Positions 51,054-60,604 of a DNA stretch of 64,000 bases are shown piece after piece. Numbering within the stretch: position 1 is the first letter of the stretch; each line of letters starts with the position of its first letter. Source of the stretch: Candidatus Poribacteria bacterium. Lineage in GTDB: Bacteria > Poribacteria > WGA-4E > WGA-3G. The position numbers and the translations under genes are program-made. Below the pieces are notes generated by a model. The model saw only the letters and a list, made by a program, of their open reading frames with translations. It did not search any database and had not been told where the DNA came from. The DNA is taken from positions 2,304,001-2,368,000 of the forward strand of contig OZ240248.1 of assembly GCA_965198235.1 (NCBI GenBank), written 5' to 3'.

Positions 51054-51283
51054 TTTTTTATTTTTGGCTCCTGGTCTGCTCCCCACTTCGTTTCGGGCAG
51101 GTTTCCGATCATCCTGTACTGGCTTCGCAGTGAGAATTTTAAAATCGAACCGCAGGTTTCGTGAAATGAAGAAGCTTAAAATTAGCCTCGAACCCCAAGC
51201 CTGAAACGGAGTGGAAGGCGACTCTTAAGGTAGGCACGTTAAAGTCTAAACCCGCGTCATTTAACCGCAAGGAACATTTAAAA
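51054..51283. repeat. MITE-like element with two inverted conserved-loop hairpins; abuts the YibE/F start codon
   Basis: Hairpins at 51076-51100 (+) and 51199-51219 (-); end aaccgcaaggaacatttaaaa. Confidence 0.7.
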
Positions 51284-51449
51284 GTTGCAAATAACATGCC
51301 AAGCCAGAAACGCCACACTTACACTACAGACAGCCAATTCGGATCTCAAAACTGCCCAGATTGGTGCAAAACCAGCGAATACATTGCCCGAAACCGTGCA
51401 GAATAACTGATAGAGGTTCTTCCGGTAGCAAGGATCACCGAATCTTGAA

Positions 51450-53375
51450 TCAGAGATGCTTCCGAATGTTCTCCGCGACGCTGCGTGGAATTCCCTTCAC
51501 GGAGAGCAATCCATCTAAACTGGCTTCTCGGATCGCTTCGATTGAACCGAAATGCTGGAGCAGTGCCTGTTTCCGCTTTGGACCGAGGTTCGGGATCTCG
51601 TCAAGCACCGATGCACTCAGCGACTTCTGGCGGAGTCGCCGGTGATACGTAACCGCAAATCTGTGCGCTTCATCCCGTAATCGCTGGATCATGTGCAAAG
51701 TTGGATTATCCTCTCGCAGCACAATCGGTTCTGATTTACCGGGAACGAAAATTTCCTCAATCCGCTTTGCAAGTGCAATTAACGGAATATCACGGAGTTG
51801 GGATGACGCAACTTTTGAATAGCAAGTTTTGCCTTGCAAGCTGCGGCAAAAGTTCATAGCCGCTTGTGCAGCACTCAGCTGCCCTTTCCCACCATCAATC
51901 AGCATCAGATCTGGCAGCGTATTAAATTTTTCATCGTCTGCGAGGGCACGGCGGAAGCGGCGGGTGATAATCTCTTGCATCATCGCGAAATCGTTCTGTC
52001 CTTTAACTAAACGGATCTTGAACCGACGGTATTCGTCTGAAGCCGGTTTTCCATCTTCCAAGACCACCATTGATCCGACCGCAAACCTGTCGCCGAGATT
52101 GGAAATGTCGTACGCCTCAATCCGTCTGAGAGGATGTTTTAACCCAAGCAATTCTTGTAGTTCAACGAGTGCTGGCTCTACACCACTACTATAAACCACG
52201 TTCTGTTCACGCTGCGTCAGAAGGATCTCGGCGTTTTTCGTTGCCAAAATTTGCAACTTCCTGAGTCTACCTGCCCTCGGGACATGCAATCCAACGCGGT
52301 TCCCCTGTTTCTCACTGAGCCAATTTTCAATTAGTTCCATCGACTCAATGGGCATCGGCAAAACAACCGTTTTTGGCACAAAAACAGCGTTTTGATAGTA
52401 CTGTGAAATGAAGGCACTTAACGCAGTAGCGAGCGATTCTGGGTCGGCATCGTTGAGATAGTAATGTTCACGTTCAAGTAGTTTACCATCTCGCACCCGT
52501 AGAAGCTGCACGCACGCAACATCAGTCCGCGCAGCGATACCGATGACATCCTCATCCGCGGCAGAAACACTATCCATGTTCTGTGTTGTAATCGCCTGTT
52601 GAACGTCTTTAAGCGTATCTCGATACTTCGCAGCCGTCTCAAAGTCGAGTGCCTCCGCTGCGGCTTGCATCTGTTCCGTTAACTCTTTGACGACAGCATC
52701 TGTATTTCCACTTAAGAATTGGCACACCTTCTGAACGATTTCATTGTAGTCTGGCACATCAATCTTATCTGCACAAGGACCAGGACATCGTCCGATGTGG
52801 TAATCAAGGCAGACCCGGTACCTATTGCCCACTTCCGCGAGTGGTAGGGTACAGGTGCGGATAGGAAACAACTTCGTCAGTTGTTTGAGCGTCTGGCGGG
52901 TTGAACGAACGTGAACAAACGGACCGAAATATCGTGTCCCGTCGTTCTCGGCTTTACGCGTAATGTGGATACGGGGAAAGGGTTCATTGACGGTCACGCG
53001 TAGATACGGATAGCGTTTATCGTCTTTCAGTTTCACGTTGTAGCGGGGTTGATGCGCCTTAATCAGGTTGTTTTCTAAGATGAGTGCTTCTACCTCAGTC
53101 TCTGTGACGATGTAGTCAACCTCGGTAACATACCGCATCATTTGCGATGTCAACGCGGATGTAGATTTCTCGCGACTTCCGACAGTAAGTTTCGGCTTGC
53201 CAGCTTCGCCAAAATAGGAGCGCACCCGGGTCCGCAAACGAATTGCTTTTCCGACATAGATGACAGTACCATCGGAGGCTTTCATCAGATAAACCCCGGG
53301 CACATTCGGGAGAGACTGCCACAATTCAGGCAGTGCCTGTACGTTTTTGGCATTGTCAAGTTGTTCTGCCTTCAT
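51450..53375 (-). CDS. uvrC: Excinuclease ABC subunit C, with two short in-frame insertions
   Basis: PGVYLM...YVGKA, PRYN, DDKRYPY, IEAYDIS, IDGGKGQ, RDEAHRFA, HhH motifs. Confidence 0.97.
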   Translation of the reverse strand: MKAEQLDNAKNVQALPELWQSLPNVPGVYLMKASDGTVIYVGKAIRLRTRVRSYFGEAGKPKLTVGSREKSTSALTSQMMRYVTEVDYIVTETEVEALILENNLIKAHQPRYNVKLKDDKRYPYLRVTVNEPFPRIHITRKAENDGTRYFGPFVHVRSTRQTLKQLTKLFPIRTCTLPLAEVGNRYRVCLDYHIGRCPGPCADKIDVPDYNEIVQKVCQFLSGNTDAVVKELTEQMQAAAEALDFETAAKYRDTLKDVQQAITTQNMDSVSAADEDVIGIAARTDVACVQLLRVRDGKLLEREHYYLNDADPESLATALSAFISQYYQNAVFVPKTVVLPMPIESMELIENWLSEKQGNRVGLHVPRAGRLRKLQILATKNAEILLTQREQNVVYSSGVEPALVELQELLGLKHPLRRIEAYDISNLGDRFAVGSMVVLEDGKPASDEYRRFKIRLVKGQNDFAMMQEIITRRFRRALADDEKFNTLPDLMLIDGGKGQLSAAQAAMNFCRSLQGKTCYSKVASSQLRDIPLIALAKRIEEIFVPGKSEPIVLREDNPTLHMIQRLRDEAHRFAVTYHRRLRQKSLSASVLDEIPNLGPKRKQALLQHFGSIEAIREASLDGLLSVKGIPRSVAENIRKHL

Positions 53376-53420
53376 CTTTTATGCCCCTTTTCGATTTGCG
53401 GCATGTTCGAGTGATTACAT

Positions 53421-54008
53421 CTACTCTGCAGAGAATCGAACCTTGGCGTAGATTGCCTGCAAGGACAACTCACACCCTATCGAAACGAGTCGAAACACAT
53501 CCGACAAGGAATGAAATTCTGTTAAATCCCACGCCTGTTCCTGTCGCAAATAGTGCTCAATCCGAACTCTGTCTTGTGAAATGAGAACATATTCACACAG
53601 GGAATCAAGTTTCTGATAGGACGCGAATTTCTCGCCTCGGTCATAAGCTGCAGTTGATGGAGAAAGCACTTCTATCAAGACAGTAGGGTTGAGAAGTGTA
53701 TCGAAATGCGTATCCTCAAAGTGAGGTTCGTCGCAGACAACGACAACGTCTGGATAAGTATATAATCCGGACGAACTAACCTTCACACGCATATCATTGG
53801 TGTAAATTTCACACGACCGCGTCCTCAATTGTATGTAAAGTTCACCAGCAACATGAACTGCGATGATATTATGTTTGCGGCTTGCTCCCGGCAATGCATA
53901 CACTTGCCCATTACGGTATTCGCTTTTGGTGAGTGCCTTCCGTTCCCTGGCGAGATACTCTTCAGGGTTTAAGAAGGCTTGTGCCGCGGTAGTTTCCATG
54001 GTTTCCAT
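53421..54008 (-). CDS. Uma2 family (DUF820) endonuclease-like protein
   Basis: YPDVVV, IEVLSPSTAAYDRGEKF. Confidence 0.92.
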   Translation of the reverse strand: METMETTAAQAFLNPEEYLARERKALTKSEYRNGQVYALPGASRKHNIIAVHVAGELYIQLRTRSCEIYTNDMRVKVSSSGLYTYPDVVVVCDEPHFEDTHFDTLLNPTVLIEVLSPSTAAYDRGEKFASYQKLDSLCEYVLISQDRVRIEHYLRQEQAWDLTEFHSLSDVFRLVSIGCELSLQAIYAKVRFSAE

Positions 54009-54032
54009 AATTTTTCCGTTTTTCGTTTGGTG

Positions 54033-54737
54033 CTAAGACGAAAATCTCTCATAAACCGCCCGATAAATATCCCTGCCTTTCAAAACATACTTCATTTCGA
54101 AGTTAGTTGCGATATCCCGATCTGGACTGAGGTTTGCCTCAACAGGATGCAGGACAGGTAAACCGGCAAGACGCTCCTGAATCTCTCGGAAATATTCCTC
54201 ATAATCCGTTGTAATATAAAGCCTACCGCTATCGGGATTGAGGGTGCGTGTCAGGGCAGACAGAAAGTCTTGATTCCGAAAAATCCGTCGTTTTCGCTGC
54301 CGCTTTTTGGGCCATGGATCCGGAAAGTAGATATGATATGCTTGAACAGATCCAGTAGGCACATACCGTGTCAAGAAATAGTTGGCATCTGTCCACGCAA
54401 GACGGATATTTGAGAATGTTCCTGACGTTCTATCCACACCGAAATGCCGCATGTACTTTTCAAACCGTTCCTGCGTCAATGCAACGTATTTTTGTGCCCG
54501 TTCAACGCCAATATAATTAACCCCTGGATGCCGCTTTGATGCTTCAAGCAGGAAACGCCCTTTCCCAGATCCAATCTCTATTTCTACCGGATACGAGTTC
54601 CCGAAGAACGCTTTCCAATCAATTGGCACAGGAAACTCACCTAACGGCACAGCACGCTCTGTCACGATGTCGATTATTTGGGAGTGGGCAGTTGTATTCT
54701 GGTAGTAAAAATCGTTGTAGTGGGGATTTTCACGCAT
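54033..54737 (-). CDS. trmB: tRNA (guanine46-N7)-methyltransferase
   Basis: EIGSGKG, FPDPWPKKR, TNFE. Confidence 0.93.
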   Translation of the reverse strand: MRENPHYNDFYYQNTTAHSQIIDIVTERAVPLGEFPVPIDWKAFFGNSYPVEIEIGSGKGRFLLEASKRHPGVNYIGVERAQKYVALTQERFEKYMRHFGVDRTSGTFSNIRLAWTDANYFLTRYVPTGSVQAYHIYFPDPWPKKRQRKRRIFRNQDFLSALTRTLNPDSGRLYITTDYEEYFREIQERLAGLPVLHPVEANLSPDRDIATNFEMKYVLKGRDIYRAVYERFSS

Positions 54738-54749
54738 GGCTTATCTAAC

Positions 54750-55508
54750 TTACGGCTCCGACAAAAATTTGTGGAGATGCGTTTTAACCAAATTGTCCTG
54801 CGGTTGATACCCCAGTACCTCAACCGCTCCGCTTATATCAAGATAACTCTGCTGATACCCATCAGAATTTGCCGAACGTCCGTACGTGATCAGATATTTG
54901 ACGGGTCCCTCGTAGTCTACAGCCAGTCCGAAGAGTTGTGCACAGTCTCGTGGGGTCAGCAGTGTACTACAGTGCCGTATCCCGCTCGGTTCGTACGTGC
55001 CGTTGAAACTCCCGATACGGATGCTAATGAACCGCATATCATGTGCGTCAACGAGATATCGCCCTGCGACCTCTGCCATGCCCTTCATCGCTCCGTACCA
55101 TCCATCGGGACGAAATTGATCGCCTGTTGAGAACCGAGGCGGAGAATTCAATCGCTCATTCCATCCTGAAACATGGTTTGTGCTCGCATATACAATCTTC
55201 TGAATGCCACCTTCTCGTGCGGCTTCAAACAACGTCATTGATGCACCGATGTCGCTGACTTCACCAGACACCTTTCCGAGCGAATCTTGGCGGACATAAG
55301 CCAGATGTACCAACACATCTTGATCGCGACACAATTCTTGCATCGCCGGGTAGTCCCGAATATCTGCCTGTGCCACGCGCGAGTTTGCCCCCATGATCGG
55401 ATTAATATCCATTAGCGTCAGTGTGTAGACATCCTGTTTTTCCCATGCTTGCCAAAGCGCACTGCCGACTGTGCCAGCGGCACCTGTGATGAGTACCCGT
55501 TGTTTCAT
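54750..55508 (-). CDS. NAD-dependent epimerase/dehydratase (uronate dehydrogenase-like)
   Basis: LITGAAGTVG, YASTNH, RPDGWYGAMK, IRIGS. Confidence 0.85.
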   Translation of the reverse strand: MKQRVLITGAAGTVGSALWQAWEKQDVYTLTLMDINPIMGANSRVAQADIRDYPAMQELCRDQDVLVHLAYVRQDSLGKVSGEVSDIGASMTLFEAAREGGIQKIVYASTNHVSGWNERLNSPPRFSTGDQFRPDGWYGAMKGMAEVAGRYLVDAHDMRFISIRIGSFNGTYEPSGIRHCSTLLTPRDCAQLFGLAVDYEGPVKYLITYGRSANSDGYQQSYLDISGAVEVLGYQPQDNLVKTHLHKFLSEP

Positions 55509-55555
55509 TTTTAATTTTCCACCTATATTCAGAACACCCTTTACTTCAAGTTTAC

Positions 55556-55580
55556 GGACACCCACAAGGGATGTCCCTAC
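55556..55580 (-). repeat. GTAG-type REP palindrome
   Basis: Reverse complement reads gtagggacatcccttgtgggtgtcc. Confidence 0.6.
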
Positions 55581-55627
55581 TATTTATCTACATATTTTTA
55601 AAATTCACCATAAATGAAAGATTTCAA

Positions 55628-58348
55628 TCAAGACGACACTCCGTTTTCAGATTCCAGTGCCGCCATAATATCGGTGTGCACGGCTTTCGGATCCGCCACG
55701 GGTTGTACGTAGAACCGATCAATCGCCTGTCCGCCTAATCCTGAACACTTACACATCTCAACGTTCAGCCCGAGTTTTGCTAAGATACCGCTGAAGTAGT
55801 GGAGAAATCCGACTTTTTCTTCACCGACTACGACTATCTCTGAATAGTTGCGTGCTGTCTCAACGCTCACATCATCAACTTGCCAAGTTTCAGTGAGATT
55901 AACGTAATGCCTCTCAAAAATCTGTTCGAGTGTCACTTCCTCTGCAAGGAGGCTGCGAATGTCAAAATCGATGTCCCGTTTGAGGTCCTCATCAAGAGGC
56001 ATCGGTTCCCCCCGATGATGCAGCGGCTGATGTACAAGCCGATAGATTTCGAGTTCAATGTTGGTATCCTGTTTCGTGTAAACGCGCGCGTCTCGAACAT
56101 CTATACCGTTAGCGAAAAAGAGACCGCTCACCGTGTGTAACTTTCCAATACGACTCGGACTACAGAGGTGTAATTCAGTAAACCCGGGTCGATCAACAAA
56201 TTGGATGATTCCTGTGCTTGGTGTTGCTCCTGGCTCTGTAGACGCGGCTTCGGCTTGCGATGTCATCTTTATGTGCATGGCTATCTCTTCAGGAGAGACA
56301 CTGATACGGTAGGAAACCGGCATGTGGTGAAGAAATTGCTGAAACTCTTCAACAGGTGCGAAGGCCCCCCACTGCGTTTCCTCCGGTCCAACAAAGCGGG
56401 CGCGAGAAACCTCGTACAAGCTCCTCAGATTGTGTTTAACAACATGACTGAAGTTTTGTGAACCGTTCGCTTTGGAATCGCAATAAGTGAGCAGATATAG
56501 AGCGGTCAAACGCTCTAACGAGTTAACCTTCTTACAGAATTCGGAAATTGTACTTTCATCCCAATGATGATAGCGTGCTAAATCTATCATTGTCAGGTGT
56601 TCTTGAATGAGAAAGCAAATATCATCCGTCTGTTGTGAGTTGAATCCAAATTCGGGTGCGATGCGCTCTGCTTTTTCTGCCCCGGTCGTCGGGTGGTTTG
56701 GATCTGGCTTATCTATATCGTGAAGGAAGAGTGCCATATACAGTGGAGCTGCATCTGAGAGTGAGCGAAATGCCGTATTGAGATCCTCTAATTCAGAAGT
56801 TGGGGATGGTGCCGTCGGCGAACCGAAACCCGCACCATCAAACGGACTACTCAATTCCGTTCGGCGAATTTCATCGAGATGTCCAATCGCGACGAGTGTA
56901 TGTTTCCCGACCGTATACGGATCAAGGCTTCGTTCGCTTCGTGTCATCATAGCCCGTTCAAAAAGTTCTCCACCTTCTCCGAGATGCGACAGGATATTGA
57001 GTCGGTGCAGGCGTGTTAAGGTCTTCTCTACATCACCCGGTATATTTATCAACTCTGCCATCCGATGCCGGAAAGAACGCCAATCAAATGCATGAACATA
57101 CCGAGAGATGAATGTAGCAAGGGACGCGTCAATTTCGAAGTCGTACTGTTGGAAGTAGGTAAACAGCGTAAAGAGTTCGTTTACATCAAGTTCACCGAAG
57201 TTATTATCGATGCAATACAGCATTTCTGTCCGCGCGGCAAGCACGTCCGAGATAGGAATCCCGTTCGCCAACATCTTCCGAATCAGAAGTTCCGCTTTAA
57301 AATGCAGATATTTTGCCATCACATAAAACTCAGCCATGAATTCATAACGTCCCTCATCGGTTTCATTTGCAAATCCGAGTACTCGAGCGATCTGGGTCTG
57401 AAGGACATCGCCTTTTTCAGGGTGATAAGTAAGATCATCATGTGGTGCATCGGCGAGAACATGGAGAAGGTTCCGCACCTTAAACATGAAATCAAGGGAC
57501 GGGATGAGCTGTCCCTCATCATAGCGTTCGTAGAGTTCAGGGATTGAGGTGAAATCCGGAAGTCCGCATATCCAGAGTGCGTACTGAAGTGTGCGTAGCC
57601 CGCCTCGTCCTGTTTTCACATTCGGTTGATTGAGATAGATCGTATCCTCAGAAGCTTCGAAAGAATCTGCTTTTGATTTCAGTAGATCCAGCACAAGCGA
57701 AATATCCGATTTTCCAGAGTATACCTCTTTCCGGAAGTGCCCAGTCAGCGATGCATCGCCAGTGATAAACCGCATATCGATCAACGCAGTCATATCCTGA
57801 TAATTCCATTGGGCTATATCTGTCAAGGGGCGATAGATGAAACTGAACTCAAACCCCGGAATCACCGAGTGGAGACTATCGAAAAAATCATAGAACCATC
57901 GGATAAGTTCGAGGGTGCTCTCATCGTAAATATCCTCTAAGTCCACAGAGGACGTATAAATGATGTCCACGTCCGAATAATAGCAAAGTTCATTTCTGCC
58001 GTAACTGCCGACACCATAGAGGGCGACGTCCGGCATCCATTCCTCCAATTCTGTTTCTAAGTCGTTTGTGTCAACGTCTGGAGGTTGCTTCAGCACGTCG
58101 ATTTGCTTCTGGTATTCATCCCGAATCTGAAAAGAGGCTACCTCATAAACCTTCTGAATAACTGCATCCCACATTTCCGTGTGAATCTTGCAAGCCGCAA
58201 ATCCACTTTCCCCTTTCAAGATGCGGGCTTTCAATTGTTCCCGTTCCGCTTGAATGAAAGCGGCTAACTGTTTTTGCAAATCTTCAAAAGGCACATTCAG
58301 GTCTGGTACATAGCGATTGAGTTGTTTTTCGATCTGTCTGGTTTCCAT
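55628..58348 (-). CDS. glnD: [Protein-PII] uridylyltransferase / uridylyl-removing enzyme
   Basis: GSYGRNEL...SDVD, PNVKTGRGGLR, YTV..H...LHDIDK HD domain, two ACT domains. Confidence 0.88.
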   Translation of the reverse strand: METRQIEKQLNRYVPDLNVPFEDLQKQLAAFIQAEREQLKARILKGESGFAACKIHTEMWDAVIQKVYEVASFQIRDEYQKQIDVLKQPPDVDTNDLETELEEWMPDVALYGVGSYGRNELCYYSDVDIIYTSSVDLEDIYDESTLELIRWFYDFFDSLHSVIPGFEFSFIYRPLTDIAQWNYQDMTALIDMRFITGDASLTGHFRKEVYSGKSDISLVLDLLKSKADSFEASEDTIYLNQPNVKTGRGGLRTLQYALWICGLPDFTSIPELYERYDEGQLIPSLDFMFKVRNLLHVLADAPHDDLTYHPEKGDVLQTQIARVLGFANETDEGRYEFMAEFYVMAKYLHFKAELLIRKMLANGIPISDVLAARTEMLYCIDNNFGELDVNELFTLFTYFQQYDFEIDASLATFISRYVHAFDWRSFRHRMAELINIPGDVEKTLTRLHRLNILSHLGEGGELFERAMMTRSERSLDPYTVGKHTLVAIGHLDEIRRTELSSPFDGAGFGSPTAPSPTSELEDLNTAFRSLSDAAPLYMALFLHDIDKPDPNHPTTGAEKAERIAPEFGFNSQQTDDICFLIQEHLTMIDLARYHHWDESTISEFCKKVNSLERLTALYLLTYCDSKANGSQNFSHVVKHNLRSLYEVSRARFVGPEETQWGAFAPVEEFQQFLHHMPVSYRISVSPEEIAMHIKMTSQAEAASTEPGATPSTGIIQFVDRPGFTELHLCSPSRIGKLHTVSGLFFANGIDVRDARVYTKQDTNIELEIYRLVHQPLHHRGEPMPLDEDLKRDIDFDIRSLLAEEVTLEQIFERHYVNLTETWQVDDVSVETARNYSEIVVVGEEKVGFLHYFSGILAKLGLNVEMCKCSGLGGQAIDRFYVQPVADPKAVHTDIMAALESENGVSS

Positions 58349-58526
58349 TTTCCTCTCGCCTCCACTGTATCAGAGCAATCCAATTTTGCATAGTCCCCTT
58401 GAAATCACGAAGTGAGTAAAGGTTTTCAGTTAGACCTAATTATACGCCAAACACCGAAAAAAAACAAGCGCGTTTTTTGGTGCTACCTTTTCTCACTGGT
58501 GCGCTGCCGGATTACTTGTTTTTTTC

Positions 58527-58555
58527 TTGACACGCTTTTTGAATCTTGATAACAT
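58527..58555 (+). promoter_or_regulatory. Sigma70-like promoter
   Basis: TTGACA-17-TAACAT with an extended TG; AGGAGG RBS follows. Confidence 0.6.
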
Positions 58556-58576
58556 ACAAGATCAGGAGGTCTAAAA

Positions 58577-59644
58577 ATGAGTGACACCAAATATCGTGTG
58601 GCCATCATCGGCTGTGGACGGATGGGGCAAAACTACGCGGAAGCATATACCACTTATCCCGACACAGAAATCGTCGCAATTGCCGATGCCAATGTGCAAC
58701 GGCGGGATGTTCTCGGTGCCCGCTTTGACGTTGCGGCTCTTTATTCAGATATAGAAATCCTATTGCGGGACATTGTGCCAGACATCGCGGTGGTCGTCAC
58801 ACCCACGAAATACATGAAAGATGTGGTGATTGCCTGTGCCGAAGCCGGTGTCAAAGGTATCTCCACCGAGAAACCGATTGCCGCGTGTTTACAAGATGCC
58901 GATGCAATGGTTGAGGTATGTGCTGAGCGCGGTGTTGTATTCGCGGGGGGCAACCTGCAGCGGGCGATGAATGAGGTTCAAGAGGCGGCATCTCGGCTAC
59001 ACAATGGCGAATTTGGGCACATCAGAGGCGCGAGTGTTCATGGGTTCGGCGGCGAAATCTCTGGTGGCGGATGCCAACACATCTCCGTACTACGTCTGTT
59101 CACCAATGCTGAGGTTGAGGAAATCATCGCGTGGGGAACCCCTCCTGAGGCGTTAGATGCAGAAACCGATGAAGGTTTAATCATCAATGGACGCTTTCTT
59201 CTTACGAATGGGCTGGAATGCAGTGTCTTTGGAACCCCAACGTCTTGCCGTGGTGTAGATGTTTGGACAGATGAATGCCTCGTCCGATGGGATTGGAACC
59301 CACCTGAAATTTTCAAAGGGTGCGACCAGCACGGCAATCGCGTCCGTATTGATCCCAACTACAGTCCCTACCCATGGAATGAATTCAGTTACCTCACAGG
59401 CTCCATTCGCTCCTTCTTAGCGGCTGTTGATGGCAACGGACATCCGTGGATTACAGGCGCAGATCTCCGACAAGCGTTGGAGGTCGCCATTGCTGCGAAA
59501 CTCTCCGCAACCCGAAACAGCACACCCGTCAAACTCCCGCTTGAGGACAGAGCTTTAGCACTCTATCCACGTCCCTATCGGTGGCTCGGAGGGGATGCAA
59601 CTGGTAAGCCTCAGAGTGTCACAGAAGCGACAGGAAAACAATAA
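58577..59644 (+). CDS. Gfo/Idh/MocA oxidoreductase
   Basis: IIGCGRMG and EKP motifs. Confidence 0.9.
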   Translation: MSDTKYRVAIIGCGRMGQNYAEAYTTYPDTEIVAIADANVQRRDVLGARFDVAALYSDIEILLRDIVPDIAVVVTPTKYMKDVVIACAEAGVKGISTEKPIAACLQDADAMVEVCAERGVVFAGGNLQRAMNEVQEAASRLHNGEFGHIRGASVHGFGGEISGGGCQHISVLRLFTNAEVEEIIAWGTPPEALDAETDEGLIINGRFLLTNGLECSVFGTPTSCRGVDVWTDECLVRWDWNPPEIFKGCDQHGNRVRIDPNYSPYPWNEFSYLTGSIRSFLAAVDGNGHPWITGADLRQALEVAIAAKLSATRNSTPVKLPLEDRALALYPRPYRWLGGDATGKPQSVTEATGKQ

Positions 59645-59696
59645 ATCAGATTAACTCGGAGCACTATATCAGGCTTTAAGTAAGGAGGTGCCATCG

Positions 59697-60485
59697 ATGA
59701 ACGAAGATCAAAAATACCTATTCGATTTGACCGGATACCTCATCGTCGAAAACGCTTTGACGGCAGAAGAGGTCGCCCAGTGCAACGCTGCCATCGACCA
59801 TCACATTGAAGGACTGAGGGAACGCGACACCTCTCTGGCAGGTGGTTCAGCGGCACTCTCTGGCACAGCACACCGAATGGACATGGGGGGCATGCTCGCC
59901 TGGGAAAAACCGTGGTGTGAACCGTTCCGAAATTTGCTCGTCCATCCCAATATTAAACCCTGCCTTAAGGGGATTTTAGGGCAAAAATATCGACTTGATC
60001 ACGGTCCAGGCTTAATCGCTATGGAAAAAGGCACAGAAGGTGGCACTTTACATGGCGGTGGGATCGAACGTCCGGATTTCTCCGAAGCCTATTTCTTCAA
60101 ATACGGGCGCATATACACAGGTTTGACTGTCGTTGAATACATGCTCGCTGACGAGGGACCCGGCGATGGGGGTTTAGCTATCGTACCGGGCAGTCATAAG
60201 GCGAACCTTCCGTGTCCCAGCAGCATGAAACAGTACGAGCAATATCGAAATCAAGTGCTTGAAGTCAATGCCAAGGCTGGCGATGCTGTGATTTTCACTG
60301 AAACGCTGACCCACGGCACGCTCCCGTGGACGGGTAGCGATCAACGGCGCGCACTACTTTACAAGTTCAGCCCTGGATTCCAGTCTTATGGCGTGGGGGC
60401 ACACCAGATTACGTATCCCGATTACATTGAGGATATGTCTCCCGAGCAGCGAGAAGTTATGGAGGCACCCCATATCCGACACTAA
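59697..60485 (+). CDS. PhyH-fold Fe(II)/2OG enzyme with HxG instead of HxD
   Basis: FDLTGYL, LHGG, VPGSHK, AGDAVIF, LTHG, RR. Confidence 0.85.
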   Translation: MNEDQKYLFDLTGYLIVENALTAEEVAQCNAAIDHHIEGLRERDTSLAGGSAALSGTAHRMDMGGMLAWEKPWCEPFRNLLVHPNIKPCLKGILGQKYRLDHGPGLIAMEKGTEGGTLHGGGIERPDFSEAYFFKYGRIYTGLTVVEYMLADEGPGDGGLAIVPGSHKANLPCPSSMKQYEQYRNQVLEVNAKAGDAVIFTETLTHGTLPWTGSDQRRALLYKFSPGFQSYGVGAHQITYPDYIEDMSPEQREVMEAPHIRH

Positions 60486-60604
60486 ACTGTCGGAACGGTT
60501 ATTCAACTCAATTTCTGCTGGTGAGGTTTCAACCTCGCTTACTTTGAAAGGCACATAAGAGCCATCTCCAGATCTCGGCATTTCATCTATTGAAGGAGAA
60601 AACC

